Assembly (NCBI GenBank): GCA_964550375.1 | Contig: CAZJYX010000001.1 | Location: 2,049 to 66,048, forward strand | Source: an uncultured Planctomycetales bacterium | GTDB lineage: Bacteria > Planctomycetota > Phycisphaerae > UBA1845 > Fen-1342 | DNA length: 64,000 bases | Direction: 5' to 3' | Part shown: one piece after another, positions 10,025 to 18,773 of the stretch | How positions within the stretch are numbered: the stretch's first letter is position 1 | Layout of the letters: the number at the start of each line of letters is the position of its first letter | Position numbers and translations under genes: made by a program | The notes under the pieces: generated by a model | What the model saw: the letters and a program-made list of their open reading frames with translations, nothing else | Told to the model about the DNA's origin: nothing | The model's database searches: none

Positions 10025-11440
10025 GTGACCACTGTTGCACCGCCGAATGGCACTCGTTCGCCCGCGCCGACGTCGCTTGGGGCGCGCTCGCTGCGCAGCA
10101 ACATCTTCTTCGCGGTCAGCGGCATGGGGGTCTTTCACGCGGCCCAGTTCGGCGTCATCGTGCTGCTGGCGAAGTACGCCCCGTCGGATGTGCTTGGCCA
10201 GGTTCGGCTGAGCCTGGCGATTGCCACGCCGATCATCACCTTCTTCTCGCTGGAACTCCGCGGGGCGCTGGTGGCCGACGCCGCCGGCGAATTCACCTTC
10301 GGCACTTACCGCAAGCTACGCTCGTTCTCGATGCTGGTGGCGGGCGTGCTGCTGGCGGCGGTGGCGTTGTGGCAGGCGGTCGCGGAGCGCAATCTCGCCT
10401 ACACCCTAATCCTGGCGGGGATGTGCGCCAGCCGCGTCGTGCTGTCGCTGGCCGAAATCGGGTGGGGGTTGTTTCAGAAGCGCGAGCGCTTGGACTGGAT
10501 GGCCACCTCGGTGACGCTGCGGGGCATCGCCATGATCGCGGCCTTCGGCCTGTGCGTGCCGCTGTATGCCTACATGAGCGCGCGGGGCCTGATTCCGCCG
10601 CAGCGCATCGCCGACGGCGCGGCCATGGCAATCAGCGCGTACGTGGTTGCCTCGGTGGCGGTCCTTCTGCTGCTCGACCACAGGCTGGTGGCGGCCGGCA
10701 AGGACCTTGACCCGACGTGGACATGGTCGGCAGTCCGCCGCCTGGCCCGGCAGACCTTCCCGCTGGGGATCGTCCTGCTGGTGGTGCACTTGTGCAACAG
10801 CATCCCCGAACTGGTTCTCGGACAGCAGGCTAATGGCAAGGCGGCCCTGGGATACTTCGGTGCCCTGGCCACGCTCACGCTGGTGGGCAACCTGCTCGTG
10901 CTGCAGGCCGCCACCGCCGCCGCCAACCGGCTGGCCTGCTCCTACCAAGTCGACTTGCGCGCCTTTCTCCTACTAGGGGCGAAGCTGTTTGGCTTGGCGC
11001 TGCTGGTGGGCGCCGCTACGCTCGCGGTCGCGGCGGGTTGGGGCCGGTGGTTGCTGGAACTCCTGTATCGGGCTGACTACGCCCAGTTCGACCACGAATT
11101 CACACTTATTGCCGTGGCAGCGGCGCTGTCACAGGTGACGAGCATCTTTGGTGTACTCGTCACCCAGATGCGTCTGTTCTGGCTCCAGGTACCCGCACAG
11201 GTGCTGGTGCTGATTTGCACGACTGCGGCGGCTTTTGTGCTAATTCCAGGCGCTGAGAATCTGGTAAGCGGCGGGGCGTGGACGATGCTGGTCCGATCGG
11301 TCACGCATTTGTCGCTCTACACTGTCTGCGTCCTGATCGGACTACTGTTCCGGCGGCGAGTGCTGGCCAGCCGGGTGTCGCTTGCGCAGGAGCCGGCCCG
11401 TCGCCGAACGACGGCCGGCGGCGTGCCGCAGGACTGGTAG
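10025..11440 (+). CDS. polysaccharide/oligosaccharide flippase (MOP superfamily, Wzx-like)
   Basis: About 12 predicted TM helices. N-terminal SLRSNIFFAVSG motif typical of Wzx/MOP exporters. Start set at in-frame GTG 10025. Confidence 0.65.
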   Translation: MTTVAPPNGTRSPAPTSLGARSLRSNIFFAVSGMGVFHAAQFGVIVLLAKYAPSDVLGQVRLSLAIATPIITFFSLELRGALVADAAGEFTFGTYRKLRSFSMLVAGVLLAAVALWQAVAERNLAYTLILAGMCASRVVLSLAEIGWGLFQKRERLDWMATSVTLRGIAMIAAFGLCVPLYAYMSARGLIPPQRIADGAAMAISAYVVASVAVLLLLDHRLVAAGKDLDPTWTWSAVRRLARQTFPLGIVLLVVHLCNSIPELVLGQQANGKAALGYFGALATLTLVGNLLVLQAATAAANRLACSYQVDLRAFLLLGAKLFGLALLVGAATLAVAAGWGRWLLELLYRADYAQFDHEFTLIAVAAALSQVTSIFGVLVTQMRLFWLQVPAQVLVLICTTAAAFVLIPGAENLVSGGAWTMLVRSVTHLSLYTVCVLIGLLFRRRVLASRVSLAQEPARRRTTAGGVPQDW

Positions 11441-11522
11441 GCCGGGCCCGGACAAGGCGGATGCGGTATTCGCGCAGCCGCAGTAGCGGCCATCCGAGGT
11501 GGGGATCATCGATTGGGGTAAG

Positions 11523-11564
11523 CGAGGCCGACGGGACTCGAACCCGCAACCTCCGGCGTGACAG
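11523..11564. repeat. attL: 42-bp direct repeat, duplicate of tRNA-Asp positions 32-73 (anticodon loop to discriminator)
   Basis: cgaggccgacgggactcgaacccgcaacctccggcgtgacag is identical at 11523-11564 and 20152-20193. Flanks diverge immediately outside. Confidence 0.85.
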
Positions 11565-11678
11565 CGGCTCCAAGCCTACAGCCAAAAGCCCGGGAAACTC
11601 TTGACTACCGGTAGTTTACATCATTTACGCAAGCATTGCAAGTCTTATCAGATACCCGCATTTTTAGGCAAATACACG

Positions 11679-11770
11679 CGGTAGGCGGAGCGCATCCGGT
11701 AGTAAACGGTAGTCGCACGGTAGTCGAAACGGTAGTCGCGGGTGGCACGGGGTGGCGCGGGGTGGCACGC
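11679..11770. repeat. iteron-like tandem repeats next to attL: (A)CGGTAGTCG about 4-5 copies, then GGGTGGCRCG 3 copies
   Basis: Read directly: cggtagg, ccggtagtaaa, acggtagtcg, cacggtagtcg, aaacggtagtcg, then cgggtggcacgg, ggtggcgcgg, ggtggcacgc. Palindrome ctaccggtag at 11605-11614. Confidence 0.6.
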
Positions 11771-11993
11771 GCCCGCTCGGTTGTGGACTTGGGTACTTGG
11801 GTCCTGCTGACTTGTGGTGAAGGGCGCCAAGGGTCGGGCCCGCGCACAGAAGCCCGCCAGACCGCGAGAATCGGCCGCTGCTGAGCGCGCCGGGTTGGGG
11901 TGGTACTCTGGCACCCGGAAAAGCGCCAGGGCGAAAAGCGGCCCGCCAGCGTGTAGGCACCGACGGGCCATGTGGAGGGCAACGACAACGGAC

Positions 11994-13472
11994 CTAATTC
12001 GCGAACCTCGCGGTTCGGTCTTGATGGTCAATCGCGAGCTCGACAGCGGAAAGCCCGTTTTTGGTGACCTGATGCAGACGGGTGATTTCGCTGATTTCCT
12101 TCTCGGCCAGGGCAACCATCCGGCCAGTGTTGCGAGCCGTTTGGTCTTCGGCAGGTCGGGGGGTCGCCGCGCTGGCTGCAATCCGGTTGAACGCGCCCGC
12201 GATGGTTTCGAAGGCTTGAACGCGGACTTGAACCGGGGCCACCGTCAACGCGGATTCAAGCGCGGCCTTCGCTTGCTCGCCCGCACGGGCGAAAGTCTCG
12301 GGGTCGATCAAGTCGCGCGACAGAAGGTCGCTCAGTTCCGCGAGGGTGTCGCGGAAAACCTCAGCGGGCGTCCGCACGGCTTGGGCAATCGACGCGGCCC
12401 GCCGCTGCGCGCTGGCGAGTTCGTTCATCGTGTCAAGCTCTTCGGACAAGGCTTCGGCAAGCTCAAGGGTCGCGTCGCTCGCATCGTGTTGCAGCAGCGT
12501 CCACGCCGCGAGTTGCCCAGTAGACATGCCGAAGGTCTCGACTTGCTCGCGTAGGCTGTTGATAACCGAGTCGATGCTTTGTTGCCACTGATCTTCAGCC
12601 TGCGCGGCCTTCTCCGTCGCTTCGGTTTCGTCGTGGATTGCCGTGATAGCCTGATGAATTGCCAACGCGCGGGCAATGTCGGCTTCGGTCGCGCCTTGGG
12701 CCGCAAGCGCGCGATGGATGATCGCCTGTTCATTCAGCGTCAGCGCCTCAAGCTCGCGCTCCAGGCCCGCAATGAAGTCTTCAATTGGTCGCCGCCGCGC
12801 TTCTTCGGCCACAAGCTCGGCCGCCGCAAGCTTCGCGTCCCGCAAGCCGCGCGCGTAGCGTTCGGTCGCTTCGGCGGTTGCCCGCGCCGCGCGCGCGCGT
12901 TCGTGGAGCGGCCCTTGGGCTTCCATCTGCAACTTCGCAATTTCGACCAAACGGGCTTGGTATTCCGTTTCCGCCTCAAGCTTCGCGCGCTCAAGGTCGT
13001 TCGCCGCGCTGACAAGCTTCAACTGCTGCCCCAGCCCGCGAAGTAACTTGCCCTGCGCTTCAACCTGTTTGTTTAAGTTCGCGGGCAAAGGGTCGAAGAT
13101 TCGGTAGATCGCTTCAACCGCGCGATACCAGTCTCGGACGATGGGTATGATCTTCAGAATCTCGCCGGCCAGGTCCTCAGCCGCGAGCTCGCCAGCGCGC
13201 AACTTGGCGGCCAATTCGCCGGCCTGCGTAGCCATATCGCCCAGCAGCCGCCCCGCCATCGACAAGCCGGCCAGCGCGCCGCCGGCCATGCCGATTTGAA
13301 CAAACTTGCCGAACGCGGAGTCGCTGCCAAGCTGCTTGTTCATGCTGTTGACGCTGGTAGCCACGCCGCGCATGGCATCGCGGACACGCCGCGAAGTCTG
13401 TTCAACGCCCTTCATGCGGCGTTCGAAGTCATCTGTTCGCGCGATGATATCGAGAATCGCTTGTGCAGACAT
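11994..13472 (-). CDS. coiled-coil protein of integrative element (tape-measure-like or scaffold-like)
   Basis: 492 aa, A/E/L/R/Q-rich, largely helical/coiled-coil. Immediately preceded by a 152-aa gene (16-nt gap). Confidence 0.55.
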   Translation of the reverse strand: MSAQAILDIIARTDDFERRMKGVEQTSRRVRDAMRGVATSVNSMNKQLGSDSAFGKFVQIGMAGGALAGLSMAGRLLGDMATQAGELAAKLRAGELAAEDLAGEILKIIPIVRDWYRAVEAIYRIFDPLPANLNKQVEAQGKLLRGLGQQLKLVSAANDLERAKLEAETEYQARLVEIAKLQMEAQGPLHERARAARATAEATERYARGLRDAKLAAAELVAEEARRRPIEDFIAGLERELEALTLNEQAIIHRALAAQGATEADIARALAIHQAITAIHDETEATEKAAQAEDQWQQSIDSVINSLREQVETFGMSTGQLAAWTLLQHDASDATLELAEALSEELDTMNELASAQRRAASIAQAVRTPAEVFRDTLAELSDLLSRDLIDPETFARAGEQAKAALESALTVAPVQVRVQAFETIAGAFNRIAASAATPRPAEDQTARNTGRMVALAEKEISEITRLHQVTKNGLSAVELAIDHQDRTARFAN

Positions 13473-13487
13473 ATAGACTTCCTTCGG

Positions 13488-13946
13488 CTACTTGCCTTTG
13501 GTCGCGGTCATGCTGACAGCCGGCGCCGCCGCCGCGTCCGAAGCCGCATCAGCTGGCCGCAACTCGCCATCCTTCGCCAGAAGGTCGCCGATTTCTTCGG
13601 CCGAGAGTTCCGGCTGCGTCTGTCGCGTGGCCAGCCACAACAGATAGGCCGCGCCCTCAAGCTGTCGCGTCGCCGCCTGAACAACCGGATCGGTCGGGCT
13701 CATCGTCACCGCGCGGGCCAACGTCCTGTCAACGATGCCCTCGATTGCCTTCGCGGGTAGATGCTTCTCCAACTCGCCAAGGTGCTGCCAAACGGCCTTC
13801 GAATAGCGCTCCGCAGCCCAGCGCGCGAAGTCGTGCCAGCCCTCGAAGCTCAGCGGGGCCACGCTGAAAGTCTTGCCCGCGAGCGTAACCACTTGCTCCG
13901 GGGTCGGAAGGTTGCCCGCCGGGGTCGGGGTCGCGTCATTCGCCAT
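13488..13946 (-). CDS. hypothetical phage-related protein (position of a tail-assembly-chaperone-like gene)
   Basis: 152-aa ORF translationally adjacent to the coiled-coil gene; no recognisable domain. Confidence 0.45.
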   Translation of the reverse strand: MANDATPTPAGNLPTPEQVVTLAGKTFSVAPLSFEGWHDFARWAAERYSKAVWQHLGELEKHLPAKAIEGIVDRTLARAVTMSPTDPVVQAATRQLEGAAYLLWLATRQTQPELSAEEIGDLLAKDGELRPADAASDAAAAPAVSMTATKGK

Positions 13947-14145
13947 CGTGTTGCTCCTGTCTGCGGTTCCACAAACCGCTGTCCGTTCTCACAAGTCGTT
14001 GTCACGTCCACACTTACAAGCAGCACCGGGCCCGGCTGGTGCCAGGGCTGGTGCGAAACGTCAAAAGCCCGCCGACGGGGCGCTACGCGCGCGCCCGCCG
14101 ACGAACCGTCCCAAAGGGAGCCCCAATCACGTCCGTCACCTTCGG

Positions 14146-14850
14146 TCACTTCTGCCCAGCCTGCCGCACCATGATCGCCGCCGCCTCATCGCGAACACGC
14201 TGGCGTTCAACGATTCCGTCCCGAATCCCCGCGTGAAGCTCGCGGTCTTCTCGCCGGAGCCGGGATTCCTCAGCGTCGTACTCTTCGTCGCGCTCAAGGT
14301 CCGCGACCAGTCGCGCCGGGTCCTGCCCGACCGGAGCCACTGCGATGCCAACGTAGCCGTCCACAAGCGGAATCGGGTTGCCCATGTAGCCCGGCGATTC
14401 GATGTCGGTCAGCGGGTGTTCGGGGAAGGCCACGCGCATCGCCTCGACAAGCTCGCCATCGTCGGCGCACCGCAACAAAGCCGGGGTGCCGCGCTCGCGG
14501 GCCCACTCATCGAATGCTGCCAGCAACGCCGAAACGCTCACGGCCAGCCCGTTGTGTTCCGCGAACCGCTCGCGTCCGAAGTCTGCAAGCTTGGCCGCAC
14601 GCTCCGGGGCCGCGTCGGCGCGGCGCTGCTCGCGCTCGCGGTCTTGCTCCGCATCGATACGCCGTGCCTCAGCGTGCGCCGACAGCGCGCGAAGTTCCAA
14701 GCCAAGCCGTGATTTCCGGATCAAGGCAAGCTGTTCCTCAGCCAACTGCAAGCGGCCCTCAAGCGCCGCCAGTCGCGCGGCGTAGGGGTCCGGGTCGGGC
14801 TTGCCGCCCTTGTCGGAAGGGGTCGTTGTTTTTGGGGGTCTGCCTCGCAT
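14146..14850 (-). CDS. hypothetical coiled-coil protein (scaffold-like?)
   Basis: 234 aa; N-terminal charged helical region LAALEGRLQLAEEQLALIRK...; acidic C-terminus. Confidence 0.45.
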   Translation of the reverse strand: MRGRPPKTTTPSDKGGKPDPDPYAARLAALEGRLQLAEEQLALIRKSRLGLELRALSAHAEARRIDAEQDREREQRRADAAPERAAKLADFGRERFAEHNGLAVSVSALLAAFDEWARERGTPALLRCADDGELVEAMRVAFPEHPLTDIESPGYMGNPIPLVDGYVGIAVAPVGQDPARLVADLERDEEYDAEESRLRREDRELHAGIRDGIVERQRVRDEAAAIMVRQAGQK

Positions 14851-14902
14851 GTTGCGTCCTTTCTGTTCCGTTGCCGTCCGTTGCCTTCGGTGCCGGCGCC
14901 GC

Positions 14903-15520
14903 CTACTTCTGCCCAGCCCGCTGCGCCGCCGCAGCCGCCGCCCACCGCCGCCGGAGCGCGTCCTTCACAATCGCGGTTGTCCGCGCGGCGCGCGACAGCG
15001 AAAGCGGGATGAAGTCGCCCAGACCGGGCACTACCGGATTCGTACACAACGCCACGTGTTCGATGGGCTGCATGTACACGTTGCCCTTGCCGTCCACGAG
15101 CCGGGGCGGACTCTGTAGCGACACGTCCGAGCGGGCCACAGCGTTCACCGCGTCTTCACCGATGATCGTGCACGCCATCCAAAGCGTGTCGCCTTCGATC
15201 CAAAGGCTATCGACCCAGCCCATGTTGCGGGTCGCGCTTCCGTGGTTCGCGTGCTGGTCGGGAATCGGCACGCGGACGCCGTTCGCCTTCATCCGCCCGA
15301 ATTGCGTTATCCAATTGTCCAGGTGCGCCCGCGTGATCTGAAAGTCCTCGCCGGCGCTCATTTTCGCGTAGCGCCCGACGCGCACGACTTCCTTTTTGAA
15401 CCGCCGTTGCGGGATGCTTTGGCCGTTGTCAGCGGGCGCGCTTTCCAGCGGGCCGATGGGGGTTGCCGTCGGGGTTGCCGTCATCATTGCCGGGGCCGTC
15501 ATAGTCGTCACGTTGCACAT
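14903..15520 (-). CDS. Mu gpI-like (prohead protease/scaffold family) N-domain protein
   Basis: Motif run VVRVGRYAKMSAGEDFQITRAHLDNWITQFGRMKANGVRVPIPDQH. It resembles the conserved GxF..IT...L..IV.NF....V.ID.EH block of Mu-like prophage protein I, from memory of family motifs. Confidence 0.4.
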   Translation of the reverse strand: MCNVTTMTAPAMMTATPTATPIGPLESAPADNGQSIPQRRFKKEVVRVGRYAKMSAGEDFQITRAHLDNWITQFGRMKANGVRVPIPDQHANHGSATRNMGWVDSLWIEGDTLWMACTIIGEDAVNAVARSDVSLQSPPRLVDGKGNVYMQPIEHVALCTNPVVPGLGDFIPLSLSRAARTTAIVKDALRRRWAAAAAAQRAGQK

Positions 15521-15804
15521 CCTTTCTTGCGGCCGGCCGCGCTTGCTGCGCGCCGCCGCTGGGGGGTCTTGTCCTCTCGGGCCGCAATCGCCGCCTCGAG
15601 TCTGCCGATGCCCTCGCCGATGCTGGGGAAGCCCTCGAATGCCCGAGCCGCCTCAGCGCTCGACACGTCAAGGCCGACCGTCCGCGCGACCATCAAGCCG
15701 ACCAGCCGCGCCGCATCGCTCCGCACGTCCGCGACGCGCCGCCGCTGTCGCTCCGCCGACCGAAGCCGGCCCTCCAACCGCGCTACCGTCGCCCGCAGGG
15801 TCAT
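15508..15804 (-). CDS. hypothetical protein
   Basis: 98-aa R-rich ORF in operonic position (overlaps both neighbours by a few nt). Confidence 0.3.
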   Translation of the reverse strand: MTLRATVARLEGRLRSAERQRRRVADVRSDAARLVGLMVARTVGLDVSSAEAARAFEGFPSIGEGIGRLEAAIAAREDKTPQRRRAASAAGRKKGCAT

Positions 15805-16193
15805 ATTCCAACCGCTCCGCCAGCCGTGCCGCGCTCCTGCTCCGCAGCCATCGCCGCCTCAACGCTCTCCAAACGCTCAAGCAAATCCGCCGCGATGGGC
15901 TGCCCAATCGCGTAGCTCAACAACAGCTTTGCCGCCTGAGCATCGCCGCTCCGCGCCGCCTTCACGAGCCGCCCGATGATCGACCGTATGTCTTGCTCGC
16001 TGACCGCCGCAATCAGCGCCGACCGAAGCCGGGCCACTTGAGCGCCCAGCGGGTTGCCGGGCCCGCCGCTGTTGCCGCGCGCGAACCGCCCGCGCGAGTC
16101 GCGCCCGGAGCCGCCGTCACTGCCGTTTGGTGACGGCGCTGACGGATGCACCTTCAAGGCTTTCTTGCCCGACTTGTTCTGCTTGCTCGCCAC
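15801..16193 (-). CDS. DUF5681-like protein, possible small terminase (TerS)-like
   Basis: N-terminal GRFARGNSGGPGNP motif (cf. the G(K/R)F.KGQSGNP.GRPKG signature). Helical C-terminus AARSGDAQAAKLLLSYAIG. Confidence 0.45.
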   Translation of the reverse strand: MASKQNKSGKKALKVHPSAPSPNGSDGGSGRDSRGRFARGNSGGPGNPLGAQVARLRSALIAAVSEQDIRSIIGRLVKAARSGDAQAAKLLLSYAIGQPIAADLLERLESVEAAMAAEQERGTAGGAVGI

Positions 16194-16202
16194 GAAACCG
16201 CC

Positions 16203-16463
16203 TCAGCTTCTCACTTCCGCGCCAGCAGCCGCGCCAGCCCGCAGGGGTTGCGGTTGTAACCGCCGCCCAGACCGTGGCTTACGAGCCTCGCCAGCGGTTT
16301 CCATAACCGCTTCGGTAACCGCTTCCACGCTTACGCATCGCAAGCCGAATCTCCGGAGAGCGACCTTCAGCAGCGCCCGGACTCGCATCGCGCCATCCGC
16401 GCCGCCGTAGTCGCGGGCTTGCCCGATCGGTCGGAACGTCAGCTTGTACGCCGTGCTTGCCAA
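16203..16463 (-). CDS. hypothetical protein
   Basis: 86-aa ORF in operon context. Confidence 0.3.
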   Translation of the reverse strand: MASTAYKLTFRPIGQARDYGGADGAMRVRALLKVALRRFGLRCVSVEAVTEAVMETAGEARKPRSGRRLQPQPLRAGAAAGAEVRS

Positions 16464-16496
16464 GACTCTGCCTCAGCCCAGCCCATCAGCCTAGCG

Positions 16497-16889
16497 TCAA
16501 CCCATCGGGTCGATTCGAAGCTCAACAACGCACTGTGCCGGCGTGTAGCCGTCGCACGCCGCCGTGACAACTTCCGAGTACACGCCCGGCTTCAAGCCGC
16601 TGCCGTCCAACTCGATTTCGAACGGGACGCCGTGCTCGCAACTCTCGGGGATCGTCAGCCACTCCGCGCCGCCAAACTTGGAGAGCGCGATCGATTCTTC
16701 GGGGTCGGGGGCGCCGGCCACAACCAAGCTCTTGGTAAGGGCCTGCGGCTGCCCACCGGGCCGGCTACCAAGCACGCCGCGCACGTTCGCGGGCGCGTGC
16801 GGGCCGCACGGCACGCGGACCGTTGTGTCACCTGTCACCGCCACCGGATCGAAACTCAGAGTCGGCATTGGTCCTTCCTTTCTCAGCAT
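16497..16889 (-). CDS. hypothetical protein
   Basis: 130-aa ORF; globular-looking composition with Cys residues. Confidence 0.4.
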   Translation of the reverse strand: MLRKEGPMPTLSFDPVAVTGDTTVRVPCGPHAPANVRGVLGSRPGGQPQALTKSLVVAGAPDPEESIALSKFGGAEWLTIPESCEHGVPFEIELDGSGLKPGVYSEVVTAACDGYTPAQCVVELRIDPMG

Positions 16890-16989
16890 TCAGAGCCGGT
16901 TTTATCGGCCGTACAGGCGGCACCCGGTAGAGTACCGGCCATTCCGTCGGCCTCGCCGTGGGCCGCTTCTCGTAAGTACCGCCACCTGC

Positions 16990-18159
16990 TCACGTTACGC
17001 ACTCCATCGCACCCGCAACCTCCGGCGTCGCGGGCTCCCGCTCTTGGCTCTTGGGTCGATGGATTCGCTGGTCGGGCTCGGGTTCCAGGGGCAAGGGCTC
17101 CGGCTCGCCGAATTGCAGGCCGTGCTCCGCCAGCAACGCGACGAACAAGGGCGTTGTTCGGTTGCACCAGCCAACATGGCCTTTTCGGAGAAGGTGCTGT
17201 TCTTCGGGCCGGAGCCGCTGCTGCCCTTCAACGAGCATCGCAGCCCGGTCGGCTTCTGGGAGCGCATCAAACGTCCGCGCGGCCCAAGCCCGCCTCGAAT
17301 TTCTCCAATCCTCAAGCTCCTGCCGATACTCACGCTCACGAGCCGCCGCCGCTCGCCGCTCGTCGGCAGTCCGCCGTTCGTGCTCCAGGTCCGCGACCTC
17401 TTGCCGATACATTGCGAGCCGTTCCGGGTCCTGAAACTCGCGGGCTACCATGCCCGGACCCCAGCGGGACCGCTCCGCGACGGCCAACACGTGCCGCACC
17501 AGCGCCGAGCCGTGCTGCGAAATCTGCCGGACTGCCGCCGCGCCCAGCCGGTCGTTGCTGGGGAAGGGGTGTTGCTCCAGGAGCCGCCGAGCTTCGGCCA
17601 CGTTGGCTGCCTCGCCGGGCGCCTCGCCGTGGGCCGCTCCCGCTCCGATCTTCTCCGCCTCTCTCAATCCGAAATCTCCCCCCCCACCTTCACCCGGCCG
17701 CGCGCCCGGGGGCTGGGGGGCTGGCGATTGCGTGGGGGGTTTGGGGGGGGAAGTATTCTTCTCTTCTCTTCTCTTCTCTGGTAACGATTTTGTAACGCCG
17801 CCAGCGTTACACCTGCGTTTCCGATGCTTGGCTACCCGGTTAGCCGTAAGTACCCGCTGCTTCGCACCTTGCGACATGTGCCGTTCGAATCGCGGGATGC
17901 TGATAGCGTTACTTGTAACGCGGAGCCAGCCGACCTTCTGAAGGTTTTCTGCGAAGTTTTCGACGCCGGCCAACTCGTCGATGAAGTCGGGCGTCAGGTT
18001 CGGCGCGCGGCCGTCCCGCGAGTGTTTGTCGAACCAAGACCAGACCGCGTGCAAGGAGCCGACGACGTGTTGGCGGGCAATCCCGCAAGCACTGGCGAGG
18101 GTCAGTACTGCGGGATCGTCGGGCAGGTCGTGGCGCATTTTGAGCCAGTCACCAGCCAT
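16990..18159 (-). CDS. replication-associated protein (phage replisome-organiser-like N-domain) with low-complexity linker
   Basis: Start MAGDWLKMRHDLPDDPAVLTLASACGIARQHVVGSLHAVWSWFDKHS resembles phage replisome organiser N-terminal domains. Pro/Gly-rich linker is encoded by homopolymer tracts; R/E-rich C-terminal half. Confidence 0.5.
   Translation of the reverse strand: MAGDWLKMRHDLPDDPAVLTLASACGIARQHVVGSLHAVWSWFDKHSRDGRAPNLTPDFIDELAGVENFAENLQKVGWLRVTSNAISIPRFERHMSQGAKQRVLTANRVAKHRKRRCNAGGVTKSLPEKRREEKNTSPPKPPTQSPAPQPPGARPGEGGGGDFGLREAEKIGAGAAHGEAPGEAANVAEARRLLEQHPFPSNDRLGAAAVRQISQHGSALVRHVLAVAERSRWGPGMVAREFQDPERLAMYRQEVADLEHERRTADERRAAAAREREYRQELEDWRNSRRAWAARTFDALPEADRAAMLVEGQQRLRPEEQHLLRKGHVGWCNRTTPLFVALLAEHGLQFGEPEPLPLEPEPDQRIHRPKSQEREPATPEVAGAMECVT
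17678..17779. repeat. simple-sequence region: C8 (17678-17685), G-runs incl. G8 (17743-17750), (TCTTC)x4.6 (17757-17779) inside the Rep-like gene
   Basis: Read directly from sequence; encodes ...EKRREEKNTSPPKPP...GGGGD... on the minus strand. Confidence 0.8.
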
Positions 18160-18172
18160 CGTGGGAATCCCT

Positions 18173-18439
18173 TCAGCACCCCGCAGCCTGCAAAGCCTTC
18201 CCCGCCTTCTCGGCCTTGTGGTCGCGCGTCTCCGGCAGGGCACCGGGCGCGTTCAAGGCCGCGATGAAGCGGTTTACGGCCTGCTCGGTCGTGAACCGCT
18301 GACCGCCGACCATGATGCTTTCCAGCCGCACGCCGCGCACGCCAACCGCCGTCCAGCGCCAGCGCGTGGCGAGACTCGGGCGTCCGGGAACCCGGACTTT
18401 GTTCAACGGGACCAAAACTTCACTCGAAAGGTCGATCAT
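18173..18439 (-). CDS. AlpA/excisionase-like HTH DNA-binding protein
   Basis: 88 aa. PSLATRWRW...GVRLESIMVGGQRFTTEQAVNRFIA resembles the AlpA/Xis pattern (STIYRWIK...G.FP.P.KIGGRS.RW.E.E...W). Sits between int and rep. Confidence 0.4.
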   Translation of the reverse strand: MIDLSSEVLVPLNKVRVPGRPSLATRWRWTAVGVRGVRLESIMVGGQRFTTEQAVNRFIAALNAPGALPETRDHKAEKAGKALQAAGC

Positions 18440-18773
18440 GGCGCAGGCTCCTAAAAACTACCCGGTTGCCGAATCCACCTTAGACCTGCTTACCAAATTC
18501 AACCACTCGAATTTCTTGCCCCGCCAGGATTCCTAGTGGTACACGGGTGGTATACTACGGATATGGGTATATCGAGGGTCCCGGTAAGTCGTTATCCAGT
18601 CGGGCCTTGGGCGCGGCGCCGGGCGCGGGCCGTGTCGGCCGACGGGCTGAAGATTTTTTTGGCGAACCCCGGATTTCCCCCGAAAAACCCTGCGCGGCGC
18701 GCCAGGTTTCGCAGACGCGCCGCACGGGGCCAAGCCGGCCAGGAGCTACCCGGCCAGCCTGCGGGGCCCTACG

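Noticed and set aside
11648-12181. 177-aa minus-strand ORF at the attL end of the island
   Set aside because: Spans the AT-rich promoter-like and iteron-repeat region and overlaps the start of the coiled-coil gene; repeat-driven, low-complexity translation.
13873-14712. 279-aa plus-strand ORF inside the island
   Set aside because: Opposite strand to the compact minus-strand operon and overlaps two of its genes; Arg/Pro-rich.
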